64,000 bases of DNA, taken from NCBI RefSeq assembly GCF_001194135.2, contig NC_068988.1, positions 96,857,819-96,921,818 on the forward strand. The letters are read 5' to 3'. The notes beneath the pieces are model-generated. The model saw only the letters and a program-made list of their open reading frames with translations, was not told where the DNA came from and searched no databases. The position numbers and the translations under genes were made by a program. The stretch is from Octopus bimaculoides (lineage: Eukaryota). Numbering within the stretch: position 1 is the stretch's first letter; the number at the start of each line of letters is the position of its first letter. Shown one piece after another: positions 12,883 through 25,019 of this stretch.

Positions 12883-13324
12883 AGGGCCGGCTTTAGGATG
12901 TTCAAAAAACCCAATTAGAACAACATCTGTTTGGACATTTTCTCCAAGTTTAACAAAGTACGAAGTCTGCTGATTGGATGGAAAAAAAAAGTTGCATGAT
13001 CTAAGCTTTATTTTTAATTAATGAAATATGTAAATGGAATGATTCTAATGAATTGTGAGTGACGTTTACCTAAGTTTTGTTTTGTTTTAAACAACCAATG
13101 TTAATGTGTCGTAAGAAGACAATTGAAATATTTCAGGCAGGGCCAGTCTTCGGATATTTGTTAAACCGATTTTTGCAAACGTTGTTCATAATTATTCTCC
13201 TCCAATTCCAGTGATCCATTTCGCAATGGTTTACCGTAGACATATTGGACTCAATTTGATTTCTATTAAAGTCGGAGTCCCTCTATCTGAAGCAATCAAC
13301 TGAACCCACCCTAAAGCCGGCTTT
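12883..13324. mobile_element. MITE / non-autonomous DNA transposon (hAT-like termini)
   Basis: Terminal inverted repeats gccggctttagg (12886-12897) and cctaaagccggc (13310-13321); no clear TSD. Confidence 0.55.
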
Positions 13325-14121
13325 AGAATGTGTTTATTAGGCTATGGGCTTGTTTTGTTCGTTTATCAGATCTTCCATGTAACCATGAATATCAATAAGC
13401 AGTTTTAAAACATTCGAATTACATTGTTTTGTTGTCTTTTACTTTTGTTTATTTTTTTCCATGTGTGTGGGAGTGAGAGGGCGAAATATTCTTTTCTCTT
13501 TCGTGGATGAAATTGAATAAACGTATAAATGAGTACAGGTACGAATGGCAAGGTGAATAAATAAACGAATTTATAAGACAAAGATAAGAAATATCTACAG
13601 CTGTGGCTGGCGATAATAAAGCAAAAGGTAAGCTTCCGGCATGCTGCGACATCGATGCGGTTTCAGTTCTCGGTTGAAGTAAATTCACTTTCGTTAAACT
13701 GCCAGTATCGATAAGAAAATGCGAGGAACGAATCTTTTTTTTTCCTTCCTGTATGAAGGTTTGGTGCCTAACCAAGCAATGAACATGTAATGTCTATTTT
13801 CCAATTATTGACCTTTTATCGGAAGTATGCATCGACAGGATATCGATCCCTATTAATTTTACCCTCTGAATATCGGCTTCCGGTTACCAGGTGAACCATA
13901 AGATGCAACAACAATTTCCAATTCGAACTTTGAACCATGCAAAAGAATTTTACACATATAGAAGAGAGGCTTTTTGAGATTTTAAAAATTCCTCCAAAGA
14001 TGATTCACCTCGTCGCTGTTCTGAGATCCTCATTTTATAGACGTTTATACCGGTGGTTGTATATGTGTTTGTGTGTGCATATGCATATACACATACATAC
14101 ATGTATTTATATATATGTGTG

Positions 14122-14171
<50 letters not shown>

Positions 14172-14989
14172 CGTGCGGGCGTGTGTATACGACAGGTTTC
14201 TTTCAGTTTCCATCTACCAAATCCGGTCTCAAGGCTTTTGTAGATCCGAGGCTATAGTAGAAGACACTTGTCCAGTGTCATGCAGTGGGACCGAACCTGG
14301 AACCAGGTGGTTGAGAAGCAAGCCTCTTACCACACAGCCACGTCTACGTTTAACCCGAAATACATTTTGTTCACATTTTCAGACATGAAAGTTAGGAATT
14401 TTTGCTATTTCTTTTGTTCGTCGGGATGTATGCAAACTATTCAACAACGTTGCATCCTGTGCGAATGGTGGTGGATTTCCGTCGTCGACGGCGAGGATTC
14501 AGTTATTCGGTCAAGTGAATTTCTTGCTCTTAAATCAACGTCTGATTGAATATTTAACAGACATGTGTAGCCTGGGCGTAATTCTCAGGCACAAAGAGCA
14601 GAATAAGCGTGTAGCTAAGCACTTACAACATTCTGCCAGTCGGGTAATGCAACCAGGTGGAGTTTCCACGTTGGCTTTCGATGGTGGGGGATAAGAGTGA
14701 CAACGTCCTTGGGGCAACTCCAGGCATTGACGAGAATCATTTGGGCGGCCTGTTCCGGAGGGCCACAAGTGACTTCCAGAAACCCCTGGATTGGTATTCC
14801 TATCAGTCTGAAATGCATTCTACAGGAACAGAAAGCAATCGGTCCTGTACGAGATGCGCGCAAAGAGACGAAACTGTTCCGTTCGCTCTTATTTAGAGTC
14901 TGAGCGTTGTTAGCTTCTACAGTTACGTTTATTATCTAAAAGGAAAGAAGAAAAATAATAAAGCTCTCAGTTTTGGGATCAGACTATGC

Positions 14990-16440
14990 CTGAATGTGAG
15001 GGGTCTATGGCAGCTCTGCATTATTGAAAAGATTTGAGTGAATTTAATTGACATTGAATATTTTCAGCATTATCTCGGGCGGCTGAAGAAAATGGTTGAT
15101 AAAGGGGCTACATGCCAGAACCAGTATACTATGCCTTAATTAATCTACACTATACTAGAAACTGGTGCTTGATAGAACATTTCTCGAGAAGAAAAATCAA
15201 TAACAGAATTTAAATCTTCCAAAGGTCGCTCGACGCTTTGGCAAGAATGTGCCACTGATGATAAGGACTTTCAAAGGAATATCCTAGTTTTAATTTACTT
15301 TGATTGAGTGTTTAAATAAGAAGGCATGGACGACGAAGTGTTGTTTCGAGCAGTGGTTCAAAAACATTTTTCTTATCCCACTGAGAAAAGATACAGTTTC
15401 CACAAAGCATGGCTCTTTTTAGACAATGCACCAAGTCACCCAATGAACTTAAATGAACTTTCTGATAATATGAGAGTAGAATACATCTCCAAAAATACAA
15501 TTTGTATGCTCCAACCAATGGACCAAGTTGTGATACCTCACTTCAAGGCATATTATCTGAAAAGAGTGTAGTGGGAATATATAGTGAGTACAAGGAGTTG
15601 ATGTGGCTGCGGGTATGCTATTACAAGAGTTCATAAAGAGATGAAGAATAAATTCAAGACCTATATATTTACTACATAAAATATATTTTATTTATTGGTC
15701 GATGATGATACATAGAATCAAAATGTAGAATCTAGTTGAATGAAGTAATCTATACAAGAAAGTTCAAAGATAAGAAATATAGAAATAACAGCTAAGTGGT
15801 GGTTTTCAGTCATGTAGCATAGAGAAATAGTCGGACATAGCAATGATGTGAATGGCTCTAAGTCTAATCGACTAAGAAGGGAAGAAAAGGGTTAGCAAGG
15901 TGTTTTTATCAATGGAACGCTAGACATTGTAGAGTCTTTCAAGTGAAACGCTAAGCTTCTTGAATACTTAAGAATCAAGTCTCATGACACAGATGCTTCG
16001 AGAAACTTAAAAAGGGAGGTTACTCTACAATCTTTCTTGCAAGGGAGATCATTCAGCTATCTAGCTACCGCTACAAGAGCTTTCAAATAACTTGTAAAAA
16101 CGATTGGTAAGGAGGATAAACTTATAGTTAGAGACCGGAAGAAATTAAACGTAGCGATGTTGTGGAGTCATGGGATCAAATGAAACCGTCGACTTTGAGT
16201 GATGCTTGGAACCAGACTGTATCTGTGACTTTGCAAGTCTACGTCAAGTTCGGAAAGATATGGTAACGTTTGCAAATGATGTAGGGGTTCGAAGAAGTCA
16301 CAAAAGATGATGTGTTTGGGAAGCTGGTATCCTATAAAAAATGTTTCCTTAACAAGGAGCTGATGCTGTCAGAACAAAAACAGAGATTACAGATGAGAAT
16401 GTAGAAATCTCACCAATTTCATCTACATTTACTCTCTTTC
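14990..16440 (+). mobile_element. Degenerate pogo/Tigger DDE transposase remnant
   Basis: LFLDNAPSHP...LQPMDQVVIPHFKAYYLKR (15326-15571); upstream ISREEKS..FKSSKGR-like and downstream GFEEVTKDDV segments; many stops and frameshifts. Confidence 0.8.
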
Positions 16441-17156
16441 CATCACCTGAAGATGTAAGATTGAGAGTCAGTGTAGAGGGAAGGCCGCCGATGTGTGTCA
16501 CATGTGGAGAGTTGGGCCACAGGGAGGCGTGGTGCGCCCAAAACAAACAACAAGCAGAACAGGTGGAGAGACAGGAGAGTGTGGACCAGGTCATGGTAGC
16601 AGAAAAAGAAAAAGAAACCGAGAATGGATTTACTATGGTTAAAAGGCAAAGAAGGAGGAGCGGAGGAATGAGTTCTCCGCCAGAGAAGCAGAAAAAGAAG
16701 AGAGAAGAGGTGAGAAAAGAAAAAAACTGTGAAGGAGGGCAGTAAGAAGGAAGAAAAAAGGGAAAGTAAAAAGAAAGTGAAGTTACCAGTAAAGATAGCG
16801 GTTGTTCCAGTGGAGAAGGATTCGGAAATACAAGTGCAGGAAGGAGAGTTGGAGAGATTATTTAGGATAGAGGAAGGAAAAGGAGAACAAAAAGTACAGG
16901 ATGAAGGAAAGAAGATACGAGGAAAAATATTGGTGATAAAGTAGGGGAAAAAAAGAGCAATTGTAGATAGTGCATATAATGGTTCAAATGGTACTGCATG
17001 GGAGTGGGGCCCGTGTGGTCATTTTCATTTTTGTTTCATTATAATATAATTTCATCCCATTTACATTCGTTTTATGTTTTTTTTATCCCCACAGTGGTCT
17101 TGTCTGTCCTTGTGGTGTCCGCATCTGTGTTTAGTGCTTTAAGCCTAATAAAGAAA
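16440..17156 (+). mobile_element. Non-LTR retrotransposon ORF1 (gag-like) 3' fragment with CCHC knuckle and 3' tail
   Basis: CVTCGELGHREAWC = C-X2-C-X4-H-X4-C, followed by an E/K-rich region, frameshift near 16740, ending aataaagaaa. Confidence 0.65.
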
Positions 17157-17159
17157 TCT

Positions 17160-17307
17160 GTATTTCGTCTGCCGTTACGTTCTGAGTTCAAATTCCGCCA
17201 AGGTCGAGTTTGCCTTTCATCCTTTCGGGGTCGATAAATTAAGTACCATTTACGCACTGGGGTCGATATAATCGACTTAATCCCTTGTGCCAAAATTTGA
17301 AACCACT
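17160..17307 (+). mobile_element. SINE family A, 5'-truncated
   Basis: B box and core match copy at 747. Confidence 0.8.
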
Positions 17308-17834
17308 ATATCTACATATTACTATTTTATCAAATACGGCGAAGTGTACATCTCGCTTTCTTTCGCATGTCCGAAATAATTTTCAGCACTTGACAAAATA
17401 CGGTAAGATAAGTCGTAAATTTTCTCAGTAATATGATATTAGCCATTCAGCAAATAATATTACTTTTATTCGTCACAAATATTTCACATCTCTGCAGACA
17501 GCTTTATAAAGGGAAATTACTCTTGTATGCTTATCATGCAATCTTCAAAACTAAACTATTCTGAAAGCTGAGTTGTATTGCAGAAAACACTGGTGACGAT
17601 CTAAACTGTATTCCAGGAATATAGCCATAGTTTCTAAAATTCTAAATAAAAATGGATTTCGTTATACTTGAGAAAGATGCAATATAAAAGAAAAGGAAAA
17701 TGTTGTATATCAATTTTAGTATATTGAAGTGAGTTAGTTCCCTTGAACGAAATCGGAATATTTCTATATTTGAACATATTCTCTTAAATATTTTCTCACA
17801 AACAGAAAGAAAATATTTCTATACACAAGTTACA

Positions 17835-18070
17835 AGTCACCCAAGGCCTGGCCCCAAAATCATACTTTCTCTACAGAAGTCGGGCTCAAATCACATAACA
17901 ATGCGATACAATATTTTTGCCTCCAACCTCATTCAACATTATTCCGTAAGAAATCAAAGAAAAACCATTCAAACGTTACTGGACAAATTCCTCAAAAAAA
18001 GACAAACCAACGACACCCAGGTACATCTTGGCAAACAACAACTCTCTACTTGTGTAGGGTATAATGTGCT
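17835..18070 (+). mobile_element. CR1/L2-like LINE ORF2 C-terminal remnant
   Basis: FNIIP*EIK and LLDKFL motifs typical of the end of CR1-group ORF2. Confidence 0.55.
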
Positions 18071-18391
18071 AACATGATTTAAAAGACTACCTGGACCAAG
18101 AATAGCCAAATCTTACTCAAATTAACTCGTTTTAAGGAATAACGAAATGTGTTTAAAAGGAAGGCAGAGCGAAGTGCACAGCAAACACCTCCACTAAACG
18201 CCCGAGTTGTTGTCATGGATTCTAAACTCATATTTGTAAAATAAAAATAGCATATTATTCCATAGAAAATGCCTCGTTATTTTAACACAGAATGAACTCA
18301 CATATTAGTATTAGTTGAATAACCATTAATTTATGTGAGATTCTGTGTTGATTATTGCTATATATTCGCGCATCTGTGTGTGTTCTCACAG

Positions 18392-18495
18392 TTTATTAAT
18401 AAAGCTGCAAAGACATCACAAAAACTGTTACTCAGAGTTTCACGTTTCCGTTCATTGGACAGTTTTGGTTGATTCTTTGCAGCTTTATTAATAAA
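18392..18495. repeat. Short palindromic element
   Basis: tttattaataaagctgcaaaga ... tctttgcagctttattaataaa. Confidence 0.75.
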
Positions 18496-18499
18496 GCAC

Positions 18500-19990
18500 A
18501 TTACTCTACCTCCGGTATTCGAGTACTATTCTTTCCACCTTGTTTCACATTTATGTGCTTAGTCTGGTACACACATACAAACTAGCGACAATATTAGTAT
18601 TGATAACAAAAGGCAATCTTATATTCGACCTAACACGCAGATGGTTTGTTAGAACGCCAGATACTGTGGTATTCACCTTGAAAGGACCTTCCATATGTGT
18701 GCATGATGCATAAAAACACATAGTTATACACATGGCGGGCAAGAACCGTCTCTTACAGGCGCTGGAACTACCAGAGGACCTGATTATGAGATCTGGTCGT
18801 GTTTCTTCAGCGATATGGAGGCCTCAAGAGACAGAGAGGATGTTCTTGAAGCCGAGAATTTGAACTTACGGAGACAATGTTTACATATCACCTGAAGAAA
18901 CACAACTAGATCTCATAATGTAGGGAAACGGTTGCATGACATGTACCTGCATACCTGGAGAACTACATTGTGCAGAAATAATTGTATTGTATCGATTGAA
19001 AATAAACGTCCAACCGTAATCCTTCTTGTTGACTCCAAATTTTTTCAATTATATATATATATATATATAAAGGCAAAATGTAATTACGATTTGAATTCCG
19101 TACCAACTCGGTGAGTGATTGTGACAGAAGCCATTCTTATCTCTAAAAACAACTAAGGAAGTTTAGCAAGTAACCTGATTGTGTATTTTACATTATAAAT
19201 CACTGACTAACAGCACTGACATTTATAAATGCCCCTCTGTATCGAGAGATTAGCCCCTTTCAGAGGAAAATAACTCGACAATGAACACGGAACTGCAGAG
19301 ATAATGCAAAACGATTAAACCTTCAGAATCCGAAAGAGACTGAAGGCTCATCACTGCACTTGTTGGATAAATATTCTTTATTTGTAGATTAAGAAGGCAA
19401 CCAATGGCTTCATGCAGTTAATTCCAATTTTCGAGTGTTCCGGTAAGTTATCCGAGAATCTACTGATACAAGATCTTTGTAGAATGTTCCTAACGCTTTT
19501 GTTATTGAAGGTTGTTGAGCTTATGTGAAAGGCAATTATGGCTGACATTAACTATAGTTCTATTAAAGATCTTGTAATATTTGAAACCATGGAAACTGGG
19601 TGTCTATAAGTTTTGGAAATCATCTTTATGACCACATTCATGGGCTGTGGAAGGTTATACCATAAAGTTTCCCTACTTCTAAGTGCTTCATTGGCCTAAG
19701 ATTGGTTCCATGTTATATTGATCTTACAATATTATCTTTCTAATATGGCTACCTTTTTGAAGGTTGCTTCAATGGATGGGTTAGAAAAATGCTTGCTCAT
19801 GCTTTTGACAAATTGTCTAATTATTGAAGATAGAGGTTACAGCTGTATCAATGTAAGCTTGTGGAAAGGTTTATATTAATATCTAGTAAATTAATACTAA
19901 TTGGATAATTATCTATATCGTGGTCATTCTTATTATGTACTACTCCTAGACTGTCGTTCCTATATTAAGATCTTTTTATTTCATTGTAGG
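18500..19990 (-). mobile_element. Possible degenerate Penelope-like retroelement remnant
   Basis: Weak PSFHG-like RT N-terminal motif on the minus strand; terminal segment (gaaacaaggtggaaagaatagtactcgaatacc) recurs at about 58560 and 63750. Confidence 0.3.
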
Positions 19991-21164
19991 AGGCAACCAG
20001 ATCAGCTACCTCTGGTCCATCATGGCCTCCCATAATATCAGCTGGTGGTTTGTCTCCATTATTTTTCACCCAAAAGGAATCACAAAAAAGCTAGTCTTTA
20101 TAATGACTATAAAAATACTGTCAGTGATAGATGCACACAGCATTTTAGAGATGAGATCAAAAAGAACAACATCTTTGTCTGATGTAGTATGGAGCCTTAA
20201 AGATTGGAATGTGGACAACCACCAGACTGGAGCATCATAGATGGCACTTGGACAGTTTGATGGAATTCAATGCCAGTGTCTATTTGGCATGGCTTCTATT
20301 ACTGGATGCCTTTCCTAATGCCAACCACTTTATAGTATGTCCTGGGTGCTTTTTTCATGCCACCAGTACTTGCGAAGTGACTGTGCAGCTGATAAGAAGT
20401 CAATAAAGTACCACTCAAGTACTGAGGTTGAAGGGCTCCACCAGTTTTAAAATGCCCAATACACATTCATTTTAGCATTCCTGTGATTCCATTAGAAACT
20501 CTGGCTTAAAGTGAAGCAATGTATTATGGACATTAAGCTGAACGTACAAGAGAAAAAGAGAAAAAAGAAATGAAGAAAATCCAAAACCAAGAATAAAAAT
20601 CATTTACTTAGAAAAAATACAATATTTCTTATATACAATGCAAATATTTTATGAGATTATTTTCAGCAAGATTGTCACCTTTCAAGTCCTTGCTATACAA
20701 AGAAGTATGGAATGGAAAGGACTGAGTTAATAGAATGACGTCCACCATGCTCTGCAATACAACCCCATACCACATACCCAAGTGGCCAGTGGTCCCTTAA
20801 CTCTGCAGCCATTGTCTATTTGCTGTGTTGCCTTTGTATACTGGGAAACACACATGGAAGACAGGACACATAACAGCTACTCATAAGGCAGTGGGCATGC
20901 CATACATACACAAAACACACAAACAGTCCACACACACGTGTGTTTGTCTATGTGCACAAACAGCTATATTGTCTCACACACACACAAAAAGAAACATCTG
21001 TTTCTTTCTTCTTTTTAGCAGAAGTAATATTAAGAAAGAGATGAGCCAAGGAAGTAGGAGATGAAATGTCCTCCCCCATTTTGCAGCTGGTGAATTCATA
21101 GAATGTACACCGACCCATAAAATGGCACAAGAAAATTTTGGTAAGAATATTTGTGATATTTATA

Positions 21165-21326
21165 GGCGCAGGAGTGGCTGTGTAGTAAGTAGCTTGCTTA
21201 CCAGCCACATGGTTTCCGGGTTCAGTCCCACTGCATGGCACTTTGGGCCAGTGCCTTCCACTATAGCCTCAGGCCGACCAAAGCCTTGTGAGTGGATTTG
21301 GTAGACGGAAACTGAAAGATGCCAGT

Positions 21327-21361
<35 letters not shown>

Positions 21362-21572
21362 GTATATGTATATGTTTGTGTGTCTGTCTCCCAAACATCA
21401 CTTGACAACTGATGCTGGTGTGTTTACGTCCCCATCACTTAGCAATTCAGCAAGAGAGACCGATAGAATAAGTACTAGGCTTGCAAAGAATAAATCCTGG
21501 GGTTGATTTCTTTGACTAAAGGCAGTGCTGCAGCATGGCCGCAGTCAAATGACTGAAACAAAGGAAAGAAAA
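21165..21572 (+). mobile_element. SINE family C (tRNA-like head, internal microsatellite), near full length
   Basis: ggagtggctgtgt..ggttcagtcccactg..ggatttggtagacggaaactgaaag..cagcatggccgcagtcaaatgactgaaac; related pieces at 3240-3440, 14183-14345(-), 23745-23905(-), 40985-41130, 43520-43680(-), 55370-55480(-). Confidence 0.8.
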
Positions 21573-22017
21573 GATATGGGAAGAGAACTAATAAAGATCA
21601 GCAAAAATCTTCAGGGCTGAGATGCCCTGTACATGTCTATCTCGTTGTCTCACTATCATCATTATATCTCTTTGACAGTGAACTCCTTAAAAGGAAATAC
21701 TCAAAACCCTTTCAAATCCATCCGGACCAGGTAAAAGTTATACAGGTGATGTTTAAAGTCTGGAAATTCTTTAGTCATTGTTTTGTGTGGCTGTGTCAGA
21801 ACATAAGGGATTAATTGATCCCAAGTTTGATAATGGAAAAAGGGACAGCATAAATAAATAAATGAAAATAACATAGGGGGCCACTTGGAAGGAGTTTTAG
21901 CAGGATTACAGGTCTGGGAACAAAAGCTTGATATGAGTGTAATGTGGTATTCTTTGCTGTTACAAATTGGTGATATGTGTATGAATATATATATATATAT
22001 ATATGGACATGTGCGCA

Positions 22018-22102
<85 letters not shown>

Positions 22103-22157
22103 ATAATCATCATCAATATATATATATACATATATATATAATCATCATCAATATATA

Positions 22158-22246
22158 NNNNNNNNNNNNNNNNNNNNNNNNNNNNNNNNNNNNNNNNNNN
22201 NNNNNNNNNNNNNNNNNNNNNNNNNNNNNNNNNNNNNNNNNNNNNN
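22158..22246. other. Assembly gap (N run)
   Basis: Ns. Confidence 0.99.
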
Positions 22247-22514
22247 GTCATTGTCTTTCCACTTAGAGACAACTGGTCAATTGAGAAGGGACAACAAACT
22301 CTCTTTCTTTGGTAAAGCAATGGTCCAAGTACTGAACAAGATACTTAAAAAGAACAGGTGGGGAGAGAGGGAATTTACTTGGTTCCTCAAGAAATGGTGA
22401 GAGACTGGTCATCCCTCAGGCAACTGTCAGGCAGTGCTCAGTTTTGAAGAGAGGAAATCTATTTGAATTCCTCAGACATTGGTCAGTTCAGAAGACAGGA
22501 AACCCATTGATTCT

Positions 22515-22691
22515 TCAGGCAATGATTGGAGCAGCAACAGCAGCAACCGTAGCAGCAGCAGCAGCAGCAACAGCATCACTTGTAGGTGAAGGAGGTGATG
22601 GAGAAAGGACAGCTGTAGCAACCTGGCTCAGTGTTGTCATCACGTTGTCTATTGGTTGCCAACGGGAATCATCAAGGGCCTCAAATATTTC
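22515..22691 (-). CDS. TRNAU1AP: TRNAU1AP last coding exon
   Basis: [17 protein letters not shown]...AAPIIA then TGA; ttgcag acceptor. Confidence 0.93.
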   Translation of the reverse strand, partial: EIFEALDDSRWQPIDNVMTTLSQVATAVLSPSPPSPTSDAVAAAAAATVAAVAAPIIA

Positions 22692-24969
22692 CTGCAACAA
22701 ATTAAATACAACAAAATTTCAACCACAAAACTTCTTACACTATTTCAGTTGCAAAGTTTTTAAAATTTTCTTGAACTTGTAGAACTACCTATACATTTTA
22801 CAAAGTCTCCCTAAGAAACTTCGTTTCTTAGGGCTGGGCAACCAGATTTGCAGAGCTTTTTAAAGTCATCCTTCTACTGAAAGGAAGCAGGGACCATAAA
22901 GTTTTCTTAAATCTGATGAAATGTGGGAATGCTCATCACCTTTTAAAACCCTCGAATAACGAGGAGGCTGAGAAAGTATGATCTGTTTACATAATCCCAA
23001 AGTTAATTAGTTGAAATTAGTTGCATTAATTTAATTTGAACTGTTACAAGAGAGAAAGAGACAATGTGCGCACATGCACATAGAAAATAGATTAAAGACT
23101 GTCTTTACTCACTTCACTCTGTTCAATGAATTCCGCATTGACTTTGTCGACATCGATTTCAAGGATGGGGTCTAAATAAAAGAGGGAAAACAGCAAAAGG
23201 TGATTGGGATGGAATGTACTGGAAGGATTCAAATTAAAAACAAACAAAAAACATCACAGTTGACTTTGGTAGAATTCATTCATTAGTGTTGGTCATATTA
23301 TAAAATATACTCAGTTCAATGTTGGTGAAACAAAGAGCATCCATCTAGAACCCCCCCCCCCCGGTCAAGCAAAAGACTCAGAAAGAGGTGTTGATGACAG
23401 GGAAGGCATCCAGCTGTAGAAATATCTGCCTCAGAATGTTGTAAGGCATTTTCTTCAGCATTCTTATTTAAATGAAAACCTTCCATCATAATTGTACCTT
23501 ACAAATCTTTTATGCCCATCATCATCATCGTTTTAGCAACCACTTTTCCATGCTGGCATGGGTTGGATGGAGTTTAATGAGACAGATTTTCTCTAATTGG
23601 ATACTTTTCCTGTCAACAACCTTCCCCCTGTTTCCATGCTGAGTAATATTTCCTCATTTCCAGACATGTTTCCAAGTAGAATATTGAAAATGAATGATGA
23701 CATTCATTTACAACAACCATGCTGAGACGAGGAGACTCATACACACACACAGAGAAGGCTTCCACACAGTTTCTGTGTACAAAATCCACTCCAAAAGCTT
23801 TAGTCAGCCTGAGGTTGGTAGAAGACACTTGCCCATGGTACCATGCAGAGGAACTGAACTTGAAAGGCTGTGCTTGGAAAGCAAGCTCCTTAAACACACA
23901 GCCACACCCACACCCACCAATTTCTTAGATAAATAAATGAACCTGTTGGCTATTTTCATTAAATTCCTAAATTCTTATTTTGCAAATTAACTGAAAACCA
24001 GAAGTTAATTAGGGTCAGAGAAGAGTTAAGGATTAATTACTAACCTTCCAGCATCTCCATTTCTTCATCTGTGCCTTGATCATAATAATCCTGGCGAAGA
24101 GAAAACCATTAATGTTAAAACATGATAAACTGACCCCAGAAGAATTTCAATTCAGAGCATAAAAGACAAAGGAATATTGATAAGCATTTTGCCTGGAATC
24201 CTAACGAATCTGCCAGCTCACTGCTTTAATAATAATAATAGTGGTTTCTAATTAAGACATAGGGACAACAATTTTAAGGATGGTGCTTTTTATGTGCCAC
24301 CAGCACAGGGAGCCAGTCAGGTGGCACTGGCAACAACCCACGCATGAATGGTGTGTTTCAAATTTTCCCATAAAGCCAGCAATTATAAGAGAAGGAGATA
24401 GTCGATTACAGCAGCCCCAGTATTGGATTGGCATTTCATCACAGAGTTGACCCCAGTGGAATTTCAACTGTGAACATAATGGGTCACAAGAAATGATGTT
24501 AAGCATTTCGTCTGACACACAAACGATTATGCCGGCTTGCTACCTTAATAACACTCCTTTCTAACATAGACAGCAAGGCCTGAAATTTTGTAGGGAAGGG
24601 GCTGGTTGATTACATCAACCCTAGTGGTCAACTGGTACTTATTTTACCGACCCTAAAAGGATGATGGGAAAAGCCAACCTCGGCAGAATTTGAACTCAGA
24701 ATGTAGAACTAGAAAATGCCCCAAAGCATTTTATTCAGTGTGCTAATTGTTCTGCCAACCCCCCACCCTAACAATAAGAATAATAAATGAGTTGCTGTAT
24801 TAAATGGAAGCACACTATGAATGACAGATTCTCATAAATCTGGATTCAATCAACAAATCCAAAATTTTCTACTGACAAACACACCCAAACACCCCAGACA
24901 TTACCCCACCTTGATTAGGCATTGAATGAATCACAACGAATGGCAGCAAGAATAAAAAACGAATAGTTG

Positions 24970-25019
<50 letters not shown>

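Noticed and set aside
14500-14900. GC-balanced stretch with several short ORFs
   Set aside because: No recognisable domain in the frames checked; probably an old TE fragment, but not classifiable by eye.
20400-22514. SECIS element in the TRNAU1AP 3' region
   Set aside because: The CDS has no in-frame internal TGA and I saw no AUGA/AA/GA kink-turn hairpin; the region also contains a gap.
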